IMG/VR virus record: IMGVR_UViG_3300032373_001149
Location: 1 to 39,486 of that record
Direction: 5' to 3' (one strand)
Source of the DNA: a virus
Lineage: Duplodnaviria > Caudoviricetes
Length of the DNA stretch: 39,486 nucleotides
The position numbers and the translations under genes are program-made. Shown one piece after another: positions 24,358-33,973 of this stretch; the stretch's first letter is position 1; each line of letters starts with the position of its first letter. The notes below the pieces were generated by a model. It saw nothing but the letters and a program-made list of their open reading frames with translations, was not told the DNA's origin and searched no databases.

Positions 24358-26696
24358 TGGATATTTTTAGCCATTTGAAGCAATTGGGCATCAGGCTGAA
24401 ACCGACATTGGAAGTGTCCATGCGCGAAGCCGCCGCAACGGAGCTGCATGACCGCATGCGCCTAGTTTCTACGGCACTTCGATCCCATGTCAGTGAACCC
24501 AGCGGCTTCGCTAACCAAAGTGACTATATTAGCATTGACGCGTTTTTCAGTGATCGCGTCATTGTGCAGGACAATGGTCGCTATTGGTCCTACGGATACG
24601 TGATTGATGATAGCAATAACGTCACGTTTAGTCAGCGCACCGAAGTAGCACGCGATTTTCAAGACGTTGCCATGCGCGAAGCACAAGGCAGTTTTTTGGA
24701 AGCCACGGATGCCACCGGCACCCGCTGGCGCATTCGCGTTATCCGAGCAGGGAAATCCGGCAACAACAATTATTACTGCAATCGTGTGCTGCGCGAAGCA
24801 ACGCCCATGTTTAACAACGTGCGGGTATTTGTAAAAGCCGATGCAGAGCATTTGAGAGGCGGTGGTAAAAGTTTCAATCAACTGATTGGAAAGCTAACCG
24901 CACCCACTTTCGTCGAAGGCCAGGGTAAGGATAACGGTGAAATCCAAGCAGAACTGGAATTACTGGAATCCGTCGAAGTGCATGCAAAATTACTGGAAGC
25001 CCACCAACGCGGCATGGCCGACATGTTCGGCTTTAGCATTGACGCCGAAGGCCGTTCCAAGCGCGAGAAAGGACAAAACACCGCGCAAAAGATCACCAAG
25101 GTCAACTCCGTGGACTTAATCATTGAGCCGGGCGCGGGCGGCGAATTATTACACCTATTGGAAGCACAGCAAAATAAACACGTGGAGAACGACATGCGAT
25201 TGCGTGAGCGAATGATTAACACCGTTAAAAAACACCATAAGGGTTCATTGCCAGCGGATTTGAATACCGATGACGATGAACAATTGGATGCCGCCTATCG
25301 CGAGGCATTGCAGCATCAAACCCCAGAGAGCGAGAGCAGTAACGCGGCGGGTGGCGGCGAAGGATCGCCGCCATCCAATGCTATTACCCAAACCCATATC
25401 GATTCAGCGGTACGAATGGTCGAGGCACGTGCCGACGCGCGGGTGCGCATTGCACAAAGCAAGTTACCGGACATTGCCAAAAATCGGCTACGCGTTCAGT
25501 TTGATTCCGCCGTCAATATTAATGACGAGGATGTAGATAACGCCATTAACCAAGAATTGGAGTATGTGACCCAATTCAGCGAAGCCGGGAAAGTGCACGG
25601 TGTCGGCGATTTGCGCATCGAAGCGGGCGAAACGCGTCACGACAAAATCACAAAAATGCTGGATGTGTTTTTTGATAAGTCTGATCGCAATGTGCGATCC
25701 TTTAAAGAATGTTATGTTCAGATTACCGGTGATAAAAACGTTTCGGGTGATTTGAAAAATTGTGATGTGTCACTAATGCGTGAATCCCTGGGGGGTGAGG
25801 TACTATTACGTGAATCGCTGAACTCCGCCTCGCTTAGTAGTGTGTTGGGCGATTCCATTACACGCCGTATGATTAGAATATACAACACGCCGAATCGTTA
25901 CGATGTATGGCGTCGATTGGCAGATGTGGTACCGGTAAACGACTTTAGGACACAAGAGCGTACTCGTTTTGGGGGTTACGGCGATCTGCCTGTTGTTCTT
26001 GAGGACGGCTCCTATGATCCGTTGACATCACCCAATGACGAAAAAGCGACCTACGCCGTAACCAAAAAAGGCGGCACTGAGACCATCTCTATTGAGATGA
26101 TTAAAAATGATGATGTTGGTGCGATTCGTCGGATCCCCACCAATTTGTCAAGTGCAGCACGGCGAACGCTGGCTAAATTTGTGCTTGATTTTCTGGCAAC
26201 GAATCCAGTTATTTACACAGGTAATTCATTATTTGACGCCGCACATAATAATTTAAACGTTGCGGCGGTGAGCGCCGGTCAAGTATCAGTTAATCGCCAG
26301 GCGATGTTAAAGCAGACTGAACTTGACTCCAACGATCGTCTGGGGATCGCGCCTGTCGATTTGTGGGTTCCAGCGGACCTGGAGGAAGCCGCGTTTGATT
26401 TATTCCGACGCCAAACCAATAACGACACCGATTTCGTAGAGTCACTGCAAATGAATGTGATTCCGGTGTGGTATTGGACTGACGTGAACAACTGGTTCAC
26501 AACTGCTGATATGAATGACATTCCGCTAATTGAAATCGGCTTTCTGGATGGCAATGAAGAGCCTCAATTGTTCGTGCAGGACAGTCCAACACAAGGGTCG
26601 TTGTTCAGCAACGATCAAATCAAGTACAAGATCAAGCATGTATATGGCGGTAATGTTCTGGATTTTCGCGGGTTCCAGGGCAACATCGTACCGTAG
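24357..26696 (+). CDS. fused prohead protease - scaffold - major capsid protein
   Basis: Protease-like motifs (N..YY...VL.EA, EH, GFSID, SVDL..EP) near aa 125-262; helical scaffold; C-terminal HK97/gpT-like capsid (VNDFRTQER, EMIKNDD.GA, LWVPADLE). Confidence 0.88.
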   Translation: MDIFSHLKQLGIRLKPTLEVSMREAAATELHDRMRLVSTALRSHVSEPSGFANQSDYISIDAFFSDRVIVQDNGRYWSYGYVIDDSNNVTFSQRTEVARDFQDVAMREAQGSFLEATDATGTRWRIRVIRAGKSGNNNYYCNRVLREATPMFNNVRVFVKADAEHLRGGGKSFNQLIGKLTAPTFVEGQGKDNGEIQAELELLESVEVHAKLLEAHQRGMADMFGFSIDAEGRSKREKGQNTAQKITKVNSVDLIIEPGAGGELLHLLEAQQNKHVENDMRLRERMINTVKKHHKGSLPADLNTDDDEQLDAAYREALQHQTPESESSNAAGGGEGSPPSNAITQTHIDSAVRMVEARADARVRIAQSKLPDIAKNRLRVQFDSAVNINDEDVDNAINQELEYVTQFSEAGKVHGVGDLRIEAGETRHDKITKMLDVFFDKSDRNVRSFKECYVQITGDKNVSGDLKNCDVSLMRESLGGEVLLRESLNSASLSSVLGDSITRRMIRIYNTPNRYDVWRRLADVVPVNDFRTQERTRFGGYGDLPVVLEDGSYDPLTSPNDEKATYAVTKKGGTETISIEMIKNDDVGAIRRIPTNLSSAARRTLAKFVLDFLATNPVIYTGNSLFDAAHNNLNVAAVSAGQVSVNRQAMLKQTELDSNDRLGIAPVDLWVPADLEEAAFDLFRRQTNNDTDFVESLQMNVIPVWYWTDVNNWFTTADMNDIPLIEIGFLDGNEEPQLFVQDSPTQGSLFSNDQIKYKIKHVYGGNVLDFRGFQGNIVP

Positions 26697-26703
26697 TCCC
26701 CGA

Positions 26704-26778
26704 GCTGACGCGTTGGCCTCCCTGGCGCGTTAGTTTTTTCGAGGCGCGTTGTTATCTATTCGGCGCGCCTCTTTTTTT
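26704..26778 (+). terminator. two tandem intrinsic terminators after the capsid gene
   Basis: Hairpins 26704-26734 and 26741-26771, each followed by 6-7 T. Confidence 0.75.
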
Positions 26779-26896
26779 ATCTATGTCAGGAGATCGTATG
26801 AAATTCATCGCGTTAAAATTGTGTTTAATCGCCGCGCTGCTAATGCTATTCAATGCGCAGGGTCATGCCGCGCTAATGACTCAAGGAGAATATGCC

Positions 26897-27571
26897 GTGC
26901 AATCTGATTATCAAACCTTAGTTAATCAATTTGTACGAGACGATGCAGAACAACTCAACACGGGCGATATTGACGGTGCAATCGCGTTGGCATTGACACG
27001 TTATAGTAGTGATAAACCACTGAGCGCCGTCGAGGATATTGTATCCAACGGCACAACGCTGCAGCCACTGCCGGACGGTTGGCAAACCGGATTTAGTCTG
27101 TTGACTAATCTGGAGTATCCTATCGGCAACGCACCAGCCACATACCTCGATCCACAGCATTACCGGCTGTATAGCGAACCAACAGGGTTACGATTACAAA
27201 CAGATAACATCATTAATGCGGGACAGTTATTCCGGGCTAGTTATACCATACGGCATACACTGGATGTGCTGAGCACCACGGTGCCCGATGGTCATAAATT
27301 ACCGCTAGCCAGTTTCGCTGCCGCCATTCTATGTGATGACCTGGCGGCATTTTATAGCGGTCAGGGTGATAGTACGATACAAGCCGATACCGTCAACCAC
27401 GGCGACAAAGCCAAAAAATATTCCACGCGTGCGGCGGAACTGCGAAAACGTTATTTTAATATATTGGGCGTGCAGCCCAAAAAGAACATAGGGCATACCG
27501 CCTATGCGGATTGGGATAATAACCTGCAGCATGGTGGGGATCGCATCATCCATTCACGCCGCTATCGCTAA
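26897..27571 (+). CDS. putative head-tail adaptor (alternative upstream start 26798 adds a signal-peptide-like leader)
   Basis: AAGGAG RBS before GTG 26897; position after the capsid; helical termini around a beta insert. Confidence 0.65.
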   Translation: MQSDYQTLVNQFVRDDAEQLNTGDIDGAIALALTRYSSDKPLSAVEDIVSNGTTLQPLPDGWQTGFSLLTNLEYPIGNAPATYLDPQHYRLYSEPTGLRLQTDNIINAGQLFRASYTIRHTLDVLSTTVPDGHKLPLASFAAAILCDDLAAFYSGQGDSTIQADTVNHGDKAKKYSTRAAELRKRYFNILGVQPKKNIGHTAYADWDNNLQHGGDRIIHSRRYR

Positions 27572-27590
27572 CCAGACGCGCTAATTTAAC

Positions 27591-28094
27591 ATGCCCGCTT
27601 TCCAGATCGATGCCGAAATTAAAAACGCCAACGCAATACTGCGGCGTTTGAAAGAATCCCCGGCAGCGGCGCAAAAGGAATTACGCCGCGCCATGCTAGA
27701 GGCCGAATTATTGTATGAAGCTGAAGTGAAAGAAAATACGCCGGTTGGTGTTACCAATATTCTGCGCGGTTCCATTTCGGCACAAGATCCCGTGTTAAGT
27801 GGTGATAACATTATTGGCGTAGTAGGTACGTCAGTCACCCATGCGGTACCGGTTGAGTTGGGTACCAGGCCGCATTTTCCACCGTTAGAACCTTTAGAGG
27901 ACTGGGTGCGATTAAAACTCAATGTTGATGCTGATAGAGCACCCGCCGTGGCGTTGCAGATCGCCCGCAAGATCGCAGCACGCGGTACTGAAGGTGTACA
28001 CATGTTCGAAAACGCGCTGGAGACGATTGGCGACACCGTTGAGCGCATCTTTGCCCGCGCCAATCTACGTATTGTTCGTGGAGTGGCGAACTAA
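27591..28094 (+). CDS. HK97 gp10-like neck/tail-completion protein
   Basis: TPVG....LRGSI, HA.PVELGTRPH, IARKIAARGT motifs. Confidence 0.75.
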   Translation: MPAFQIDAEIKNANAILRRLKESPAAAQKELRRAMLEAELLYEAEVKENTPVGVTNILRGSISAQDPVLSGDNIIGVVGTSVTHAVPVELGTRPHFPPLEPLEDWVRLKLNVDADRAPAVALQIARKIAARGTEGVHMFENALETIGDTVERIFARANLRIVRGVAN

Positions 28095-28666
28095 TGCCGA
28101 GTGTTATCGAGGTTCGCGACGCCATCGTTGCAACACTAAAGTCGGTTGAGAAGGTTGGCCAGGTCCACGCCTATGAACGTTATGCGGCAACCAATGAAAA
28201 GTTACGAAAGTTTTACGAGTATAGCTGTGCCGGTGACACTCATTTGCGTGGCTGGTATGTGCGCCGCCTGACCACGCAGGAATTTGACGGCACAGTGAAC
28301 CCACAGCAAATCGGCTGGGTGATTCGTGGATTTATGGCGTTGAGCGATGCCAATGAAAGCGAGTTAATATTTGATGATGTCATCGAGCGCATTCGTGATG
28401 CCTTTCGTGACGATTATGACCTGGGTGGCTTGATTGATTCCAGCGTTAATAACGACCTAGCTGGCGTTCAGCTAGAGGACGCAAACGCCGTGATGTTTGC
28501 CGGTGTGTTGTGCCATAGCGCACGATTAAAGTTATGGACGCAATGTACTGTGACCATCAGTGACAACCTGGCGTTGAATGATTTTATTACCTACCACGCG
28601 GATACCGATATGGCACCCGCCGATGGGCAGATTGATGCAACCGACGAGGTAACATTAGAGCAATGA
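28094..28666 (+). CDS. putative tail terminator
   Basis: Position before DUF2635 and sheath; IRDAFRDD..LGG and FAGVLCH.A.L. Confidence 0.6.
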   Translation: MPSVIEVRDAIVATLKSVEKVGQVHAYERYAATNEKLRKFYEYSCAGDTHLRGWYVRRLTTQEFDGTVNPQQIGWVIRGFMALSDANESELIFDDVIERIRDAFRDDYDLGGLIDSSVNNDLAGVQLEDANAVMFAGVLCHSARLKLWTQCTVTISDNLALNDFITYHADTDMAPADGQIDATDEVTLEQ

Positions 28667-28902
28667 GCACAACTAACAATACAGGTAACGAAATAGGCAA
28701 AAAGTTTTTGCGTCCCGCGTTAGGATTATTGGTGCGAAAACCAGACGGCACGCTGCTCGATGATGCCGGTGAGTGGATTGTGCTGACACATTACTGGTAT
28801 CGCCGCATGAGGGTTAATGATGTTGTGGTTACTGACCCACCGACAGCCATCGAAAAAGCCGTCAACACTAAACCGGCCAGCAAAAAAGGTAAACCAGCAT
28901 GA
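28663..28902 (+). CDS. DUF2635 (Mu gp38-like) protein
   Basis: FLRPALGLLVRKPDG..L...GE......YWYRR...DVV. Confidence 0.85.
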   Translation: MSTTNNTGNEIGKKFLRPALGLLVRKPDGTLLDDAGEWIVLTHYWYRRMRVNDVVVTDPPTAIEKAVNTKPASKKGKPA

Positions 28903-30368
28903 GCATTTCATTTAATAATATTCCACTGGACATTCGCACGCCGTATCAGGCGGTTGAGTTCGATAATACCCGTGCCGTTGCCGGGTTGACGGTGCAGCCG
29001 CATAAGATATTGGTGATTGGGTATCGTGCGGATAACAGTCCAGTGGGTGGCGGTACGCTCAAGCAAATATTGAGTAGTGAGCAGGCAGACGGATTTTATG
29101 GTCGAGATTCAATGCTGGCGGCCATGTTGCGCAAGCTGAAGGCAGTTAATAACATCACTGAAACATGGGCCCTTGCTATCACCGATGATTCGGATTCCGG
29201 CCTGGCTTCAGGCGCAATAACGGTAGCGCCCGGCGCAGCAACTGAAAACGGTACCATACATTTATATGTTCATGGTGTTTATGTGCCGGTGGCAGTCAAT
29301 ATTGGCGATGATCAGGACGCGATTGCGGCGAATATTACAGCGGCCATTACCAATAATTCGTTGATGCAACTTTATAGCTTTGTGGACCCAAGTTTGAATT
29401 CGGTGACCTTAAGATCGAAACATAGTGGCAGCGCTGGGAATTTTATTGACGTCCGCATTAATTATCAATCAACGCAACAATTGCCTGCCGGAGTATCGGT
29501 CACGATTGTCCCGATGGCCGGTGGTGATTTTAACGCAATTTTCCCGTCTACATTTGCGACATTGGGTGACGAGCAATTTCACACCATCATCATGCCATAT
29601 ACAGATGTTGGGTCACTGCAAGACCTGGAACCCTGGCTCGCAGATCGATGGGGACCAATGGTGCAAAAAGAGGGGCACGCATTCGCTGCCGCCAACGGCA
29701 CACATGCGGAACTCACTACGCTGGGTAACTCTCGCAATTCGCAATTTGTCACCATTATGGGATTGCAAAACAGTCCAACAACTCCTTGGGAAGCGGCGGC
29801 AGTGATTGGTGGCATTGATGCGCTCGAACCGGATCCAGCACGGCCGCGCCAAACTCTGCGTTTACCTGGCATATTAGCGCCAGCGGTGGTTGACCGATAC
29901 ACCCGCGAAGAACGCGACCTTCATTTGCACGATGGCATTAGTACGTTTACCGTGGACGCCGGGGGCAATATGGCCATTGAGCGGCTGATTACCACCTATC
30001 AAACCAATAGCGGCGGGATACCGGATCCGAGTTATTTGGATGTGACGACCATGCGCACGCTATCATTTATCCGATTTAGTATGCGCGCACGGATTGCATT
30101 GCGTTACCCGCGTTTTAAATTGGCGGGCGACACGGAGCCGGATCGGCCGGGCCAGGCGATTGTGCGTCCAAAAGACATCCGCAACGAGTTGATTGCATTG
30201 TTTACCGATTGGCAAAATGCGGGATTGGTTGAAGATGTTGAGCAATTTAAAACCGAGTTGTTAGTGATCATATCACCAACGGACCCCAACCGCATCGATG
30301 TGCAACTTTCACCGAACCTGATTAATCAATTTCGCGTATTTGCAGCTCAAGTGCAATTTATTATTTAA
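28899..30368 (+). CDS. tail sheath protein (Mu gpL-like)
   Basis: ISFNNIP..IRTP...VEFDN, DPARPRQTL, IERLITTYQ, D.NRID. Confidence 0.95.
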   Translation: MSISFNNIPLDIRTPYQAVEFDNTRAVAGLTVQPHKILVIGYRADNSPVGGGTLKQILSSEQADGFYGRDSMLAAMLRKLKAVNNITETWALAITDDSDSGLASGAITVAPGAATENGTIHLYVHGVYVPVAVNIGDDQDAIAANITAAITNNSLMQLYSFVDPSLNSVTLRSKHSGSAGNFIDVRINYQSTQQLPAGVSVTIVPMAGGDFNAIFPSTFATLGDEQFHTIIMPYTDVGSLQDLEPWLADRWGPMVQKEGHAFAAANGTHAELTTLGNSRNSQFVTIMGLQNSPTTPWEAAAVIGGIDALEPDPARPRQTLRLPGILAPAVVDRYTREERDLHLHDGISTFTVDAGGNMAIERLITTYQTNSGGIPDPSYLDVTTMRTLSFIRFSMRARIALRYPRFKLAGDTEPDRPGQAIVRPKDIRNELIALFTDWQNAGLVEDVEQFKTELLVIISPTDPNRIDVQLSPNLINQFRVFAAQVQFII

Positions 30369-30408
30369 CCTATTTTTTAGCACAGTGCGCTAACCAGAGA
30401 GGACCATT

Positions 30409-30771
30409 ATGAGTAAGCAGCGATTAGGGCGGGCAACGGTTAAGTTTAACGGAAAACTGCTTGCAACAGAGCCGGGTGCCAAAATTAACATTGGCGGGCT
30501 GGAGCGGGCCACGGGCGAAAATACGCATGAAGTGTACTTTACCGAGGCTCTCAAAGCCTCGCGAGTAGAATGTGTAATCCCGTTAGGTCCGGATGTATCA
30601 TTGGATGAGCTGCGCAACTTGGTTGAAGCGACGGTGACATTTGAGTGCGACACGGGACAAACCTATATTGTCGCCCGCGCCTGGGTTGAAAATACGTTGG
30701 AAGTAACCGATGGCGAGGGCGGCAAAGTGCCAGTGACCTTTGCGGGTGATCCCGCCGAAGAGGTGCTGTAG
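30409..30771 (+). CDS. tail tube protein (Mu gpM-like)
   Basis: 120 aa after the sheath; GA...IGGLER, ATVTFECDTG. Confidence 0.88.
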   Translation: MSKQRLGRATVKFNGKLLATEPGAKINIGGLERATGENTHEVYFTEALKASRVECVIPLGPDVSLDELRNLVEATVTFECDTGQTYIVARAWVENTLEVTDGEGGKVPVTFAGDPAEEVL

Positions 30772-31139
30772 TGCGCACCATAAAGGTGATGTTGATCGAC
30801 GGCCTAAAGACGGATAAGACAGATCATAGAGAGGCCACGTTACGTGAGTTATCGGTGGGTGACTTACTCCAGGCCGCAGAAGAAAGCGAGCGCTTGATAC
30901 AAACACCCGATGGCTTGGAGCTGAAGCAGAGCCCCACCCGTATGGGTATCGAAACCATCAGGCGGCAAATTGTCAGTATCGGTGCTGTTCAAGGGCCATT
31001 ATCTCTGGCGGAGATACAACGACTCAGCGCGACCGATTTGGCGTTGCTGCAAATTACCGCTGACCAGATGGACCGGGCGACCCTGGAGGTGTCGGAACAA
31101 CGGGGGCGAACTGATGCGGGTGGTGAAACACCTGGATAG
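30771..31139 (+). CDS. tail assembly chaperone (Mu gp41-like)
   Basis: LIDGL....H.E.TLREL...D; between tube and tape measure. Confidence 0.85.
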   Translation: MRTIKVMLIDGLKTDKTDHREATLRELSVGDLLQAAEESERLIQTPDGLELKQSPTRMGIETIRRQIVSIGAVQGPLSLAEIQRLSATDLALLQITADQMDRATLEVSEQRGRTDAGGETPG

Positions 31140-31260
31140 CATTATTGTATTATTTGCAATAACCACCCATTGGGATGAAAGTTCCCTGCGCCCCCTTAGT
31201 CTGGCGCGCTGTCAACAACATTACATAGCATTAACCCACTACCTGCGAGAGTCACACTAA
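31102..31260 (+). other. -2 programmed frameshift site GGGGGCGA and frameshift extension ORF
   Basis: CGG GGG CGA in the chaperone frame; the ORF in the -2 frame runs to 31260. Confidence 0.75.
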
Positions 31261-32756
31261 TGGCCGAACGTTTCGTGTTAGAAACCCTCTTCAAAGCCAG
31301 CGGCAACCTGGTTCGGCAACTCACCACCAATTCAAGAGCAATGCAAGGCTTTGCTCGTACATCCAACCGGGCGATGCAGCTGGTGCGGCGTGGCTCAATC
31401 CAAGCCGGTAAAGGCATTGATCGGCTGGGTAATCGTTATACGTCACTGGTGACCGGTGTTGGTGCAGCGAAGGCCGGGCAATTCTTGTTTAAGCTGGAAG
31501 ATCAGATGGACTCGCTGGGTAGACAATCGGATCGCAGCACCGAAAAAATGGATATGCTAAAGCGAAAAATATTCGAAGTTGCCCAAGCGCCAGATATTCG
31601 CCTAGATCCAGCGGCATTGATCGAAGGCGTCGACAAGATCGTCAATAAAACGGGTGATTTGGATTTTGCCACGGATAACTTGCGAACATTGGCATTAGCG
31701 ATAAAAGCTAGCACGTCGCGAGGCCAAGATATCGGCGCTCTTGTGACTGAATTTCTTAAACTCGACATTAATGAAGAGGTGGGCATTTTACGCGCCCTCG
31801 ATACACTGACCTTACAAGGTAAAGCTGGTGCATTCACATTGCAAAATTTGGCAACTCAAGGGGAACGTGCAGTATCAGCCTTTGCCGGGTTAGGTTTTAA
31901 GGGACCGGACGCTGTTAGGGAACTCGGCGCATTATTGCAGGTTGCGCGTATCGGCACGGGCGGTCCAGAACAGGCAGTAACAGCCTTTGAAGCCGTATTA
32001 CGCTCGATTAGAAACAATGCTGAAAAATTGCAGGCGACTGAAGGAATCACCATTTTTGAGCCTGGAAGTCTAGAAAAATTTAGACCTATACGTGAAATAT
32101 TATTGGATATCTTCACAAAGGCTCAGGGCAGACCTACCTTGTTAGGTAAAGTATTTGATAGTGAAGCACTACGTGGCGTCAATACCCTTATTGTGGACTT
32201 CAATCGCAATGGCACGCTAAAAACCCTCGATGATTTTTTCAAAATCCAGGGGGATGGTGCAACGCTAATGCGCGACAGTGCGCGTGCGGCAAAAACTGCG
32301 TCCTCAGCGTATGAGTCAGTGGCAACTACCATTAAGAGCCTCGCGGATGAAACGTTGACCGGCCCTATGAGGGAGGTGGCGGACTTTGTTAATAGCCAAA
32401 GCGAAGCGTCAAAGATCACCGCTGTAAAAACGGGTGCGGTTGTTGGTGGCGGATTAATAACCGCCGCTGCCTTGCAAAAATTGCCCTTCCGCACTGCACC
32501 TGGTTTATTGGCAGCCGGTGGTTTGTTGTCGTCTGGAGCCGGTCGGGTTGAAGGTGGTGATAACCGCAGCTTGTTTCAGCGCATCACCGGTCGTTTTTCC
32601 GGTGGTGGCGCAGCCTCAACAACCAATGCGCCCGAAGCCAAGCTAGTGATCGAAATAAAGGACGGCCAACGCGACCGCGTGGTTGTGAAAAATTTACAAT
32701 CTAAGGGTTTCGGCAGCATTGATATCACAAATGGCCCGAACGTTGTCGTGCCCTGA
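31260..32756 (+). CDS. tape measure protein (498 aa)
   Basis: A/G/L-rich helical protein; GKAGAFTLQNLA, EQAVTAFE, VFDSEA core. Confidence 0.88.
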   Translation: MAERFVLETLFKASGNLVRQLTTNSRAMQGFARTSNRAMQLVRRGSIQAGKGIDRLGNRYTSLVTGVGAAKAGQFLFKLEDQMDSLGRQSDRSTEKMDMLKRKIFEVAQAPDIRLDPAALIEGVDKIVNKTGDLDFATDNLRTLALAIKASTSRGQDIGALVTEFLKLDINEEVGILRALDTLTLQGKAGAFTLQNLATQGERAVSAFAGLGFKGPDAVRELGALLQVARIGTGGPEQAVTAFEAVLRSIRNNAEKLQATEGITIFEPGSLEKFRPIREILLDIFTKAQGRPTLLGKVFDSEALRGVNTLIVDFNRNGTLKTLDDFFKIQGDGATLMRDSARAAKTASSAYESVATTIKSLADETLTGPMREVADFVNSQSEASKITAVKTGAVVGGGLITAAALQKLPFRTAPGLLAAGGLLSSGAGRVEGGDNRSLFQRITGRFSGGGAASTTNAPEAKLVIEIKDGQRDRVVVKNLQSKGFGSIDITNGPNVVVP

Positions 32757-33973
32757 TGAATTATCGCGATACCATTCTGCCGGGCAAATTTCGCGATGCG
32801 CCGTTTAGTCTCGATTCACATCAGGTAACCGGTGGTCGTCGAACGATCGTGCATGAATACCCGTTACGTGATGTGCCGTATGCGGAGGATATGGGGCGGG
32901 CGGTTAAACCGTTTATTCTGCAGTGCTATGTGGTTGGTGATGAATATCATCTTGCTCGTGATGCGCTCATTACCGCATTAGATGCACCTGGGCCGGGTGT
33001 ACTGATTCATCCCTATCTCGGCACGCTGAATGTCCAAGTAGAAACCTACCAAGTCACGGAAAATGCACGCCAGGGTCGGCGCGCAATATTCTCCATTACC
33101 TTTTCTGAGGCCGGACAAAATGCATTGCCGGACATTCGCACAAACACTCGCGATGTCGTGAAAGGCAGAGCTGCTGAAGTGAAAGAGGCAATAAATGCTG
33201 ATGTTACCGAGAGTTTTAGTTTAACGTCGCGTGCGGCGTTTATTGTGGAATCGGTAACCGATACCTTAAACAGTGCAACGGCGTTAATCGGCCACGCGGT
33301 GCAATATGCCAATGAAGCAAGCGCAAAAATCAATGCGGTTAAGCGTGACATTCTTGCCTTTACCGGTTCGATCAGTTCGTTGATTCTTGCCCCAGCAAAA
33401 CTTGCCATTGATTTCGGTGCATTGACCGGTGCCATTAACGGTATTGTGACGACAGCCAGCCTGGCACCCGACCTATACCGCCAGCTCATTAAATTTGGCG
33501 ATAACTCACCGAGTATTTCACGCACTACGGGAAACCGTGTTGTGCAGTCTAACGCGGTTGGTGCGATTTATCGCATGGCGCAATTTAATGCCTTGGCGGA
33601 TATGGCCATAGCAGTGAGTGACGAGAGTTACACGACACGCACGCAAGGCCGTGCGCGATTGGACGAAATGCTGGCGAATATCGAGCGTATGTTGTTGGCA
33701 AGCCAACCGGATGGTAGTCCCATTAGCGACAACTTATTTGAGGCATTGGCGAATTTGAAAGCCGCATTGGTTAATGATATTTTGGCCCGTAGCGCGAATT
33801 TAACGCGTTTAATTACCATCACGACGACACGCACAGTACCGGCGTTGGTGTTATCGCATGAGTTGTATCAAACCATCGAGCAGGCGGATGTAATTGTGCA
33901 GGCCAATGGTGTGCGGCGTCCTGGGTTTATTGTTGGCGGCAGTGCATTGGAGGTGGTTAATGCCGCCGCCTGA
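32756..33973 (+). CDS. DNA circularization protein (Mu gp43/N-like)
   Basis: FRDAPF...GGRR...HEYP.RD.PYAEDMGR; PALVL...LY. Confidence 0.92.
   Translation: MNYRDTILPGKFRDAPFSLDSHQVTGGRRTIVHEYPLRDVPYAEDMGRAVKPFILQCYVVGDEYHLARDALITALDAPGPGVLIHPYLGTLNVQVETYQVTENARQGRRAIFSITFSEAGQNALPDIRTNTRDVVKGRAAEVKEAINADVTESFSLTSRAAFIVESVTDTLNSATALIGHAVQYANEASAKINAVKRDILAFTGSISSLILAPAKLAIDFGALTGAINGIVTTASLAPDLYRQLIKFGDNSPSISRTTGNRVVQSNAVGAIYRMAQFNALADMAIAVSDESYTTRTQGRARLDEMLANIERMLLASQPDGSPISDNLFEALANLKAALVNDILARSANLTRLITITTTRTVPALVLSHELYQTIEQADVIVQANGVRRPGFIVGGSALEVVNAAA

Noticed and set aside
33894-33959. Signal-peptide-like start of the baseplate hub in the ORF track
   Set aside because: Overlaps the upstream gene; ATG 33960 has a GGAGG RBS and matches the expected hub start
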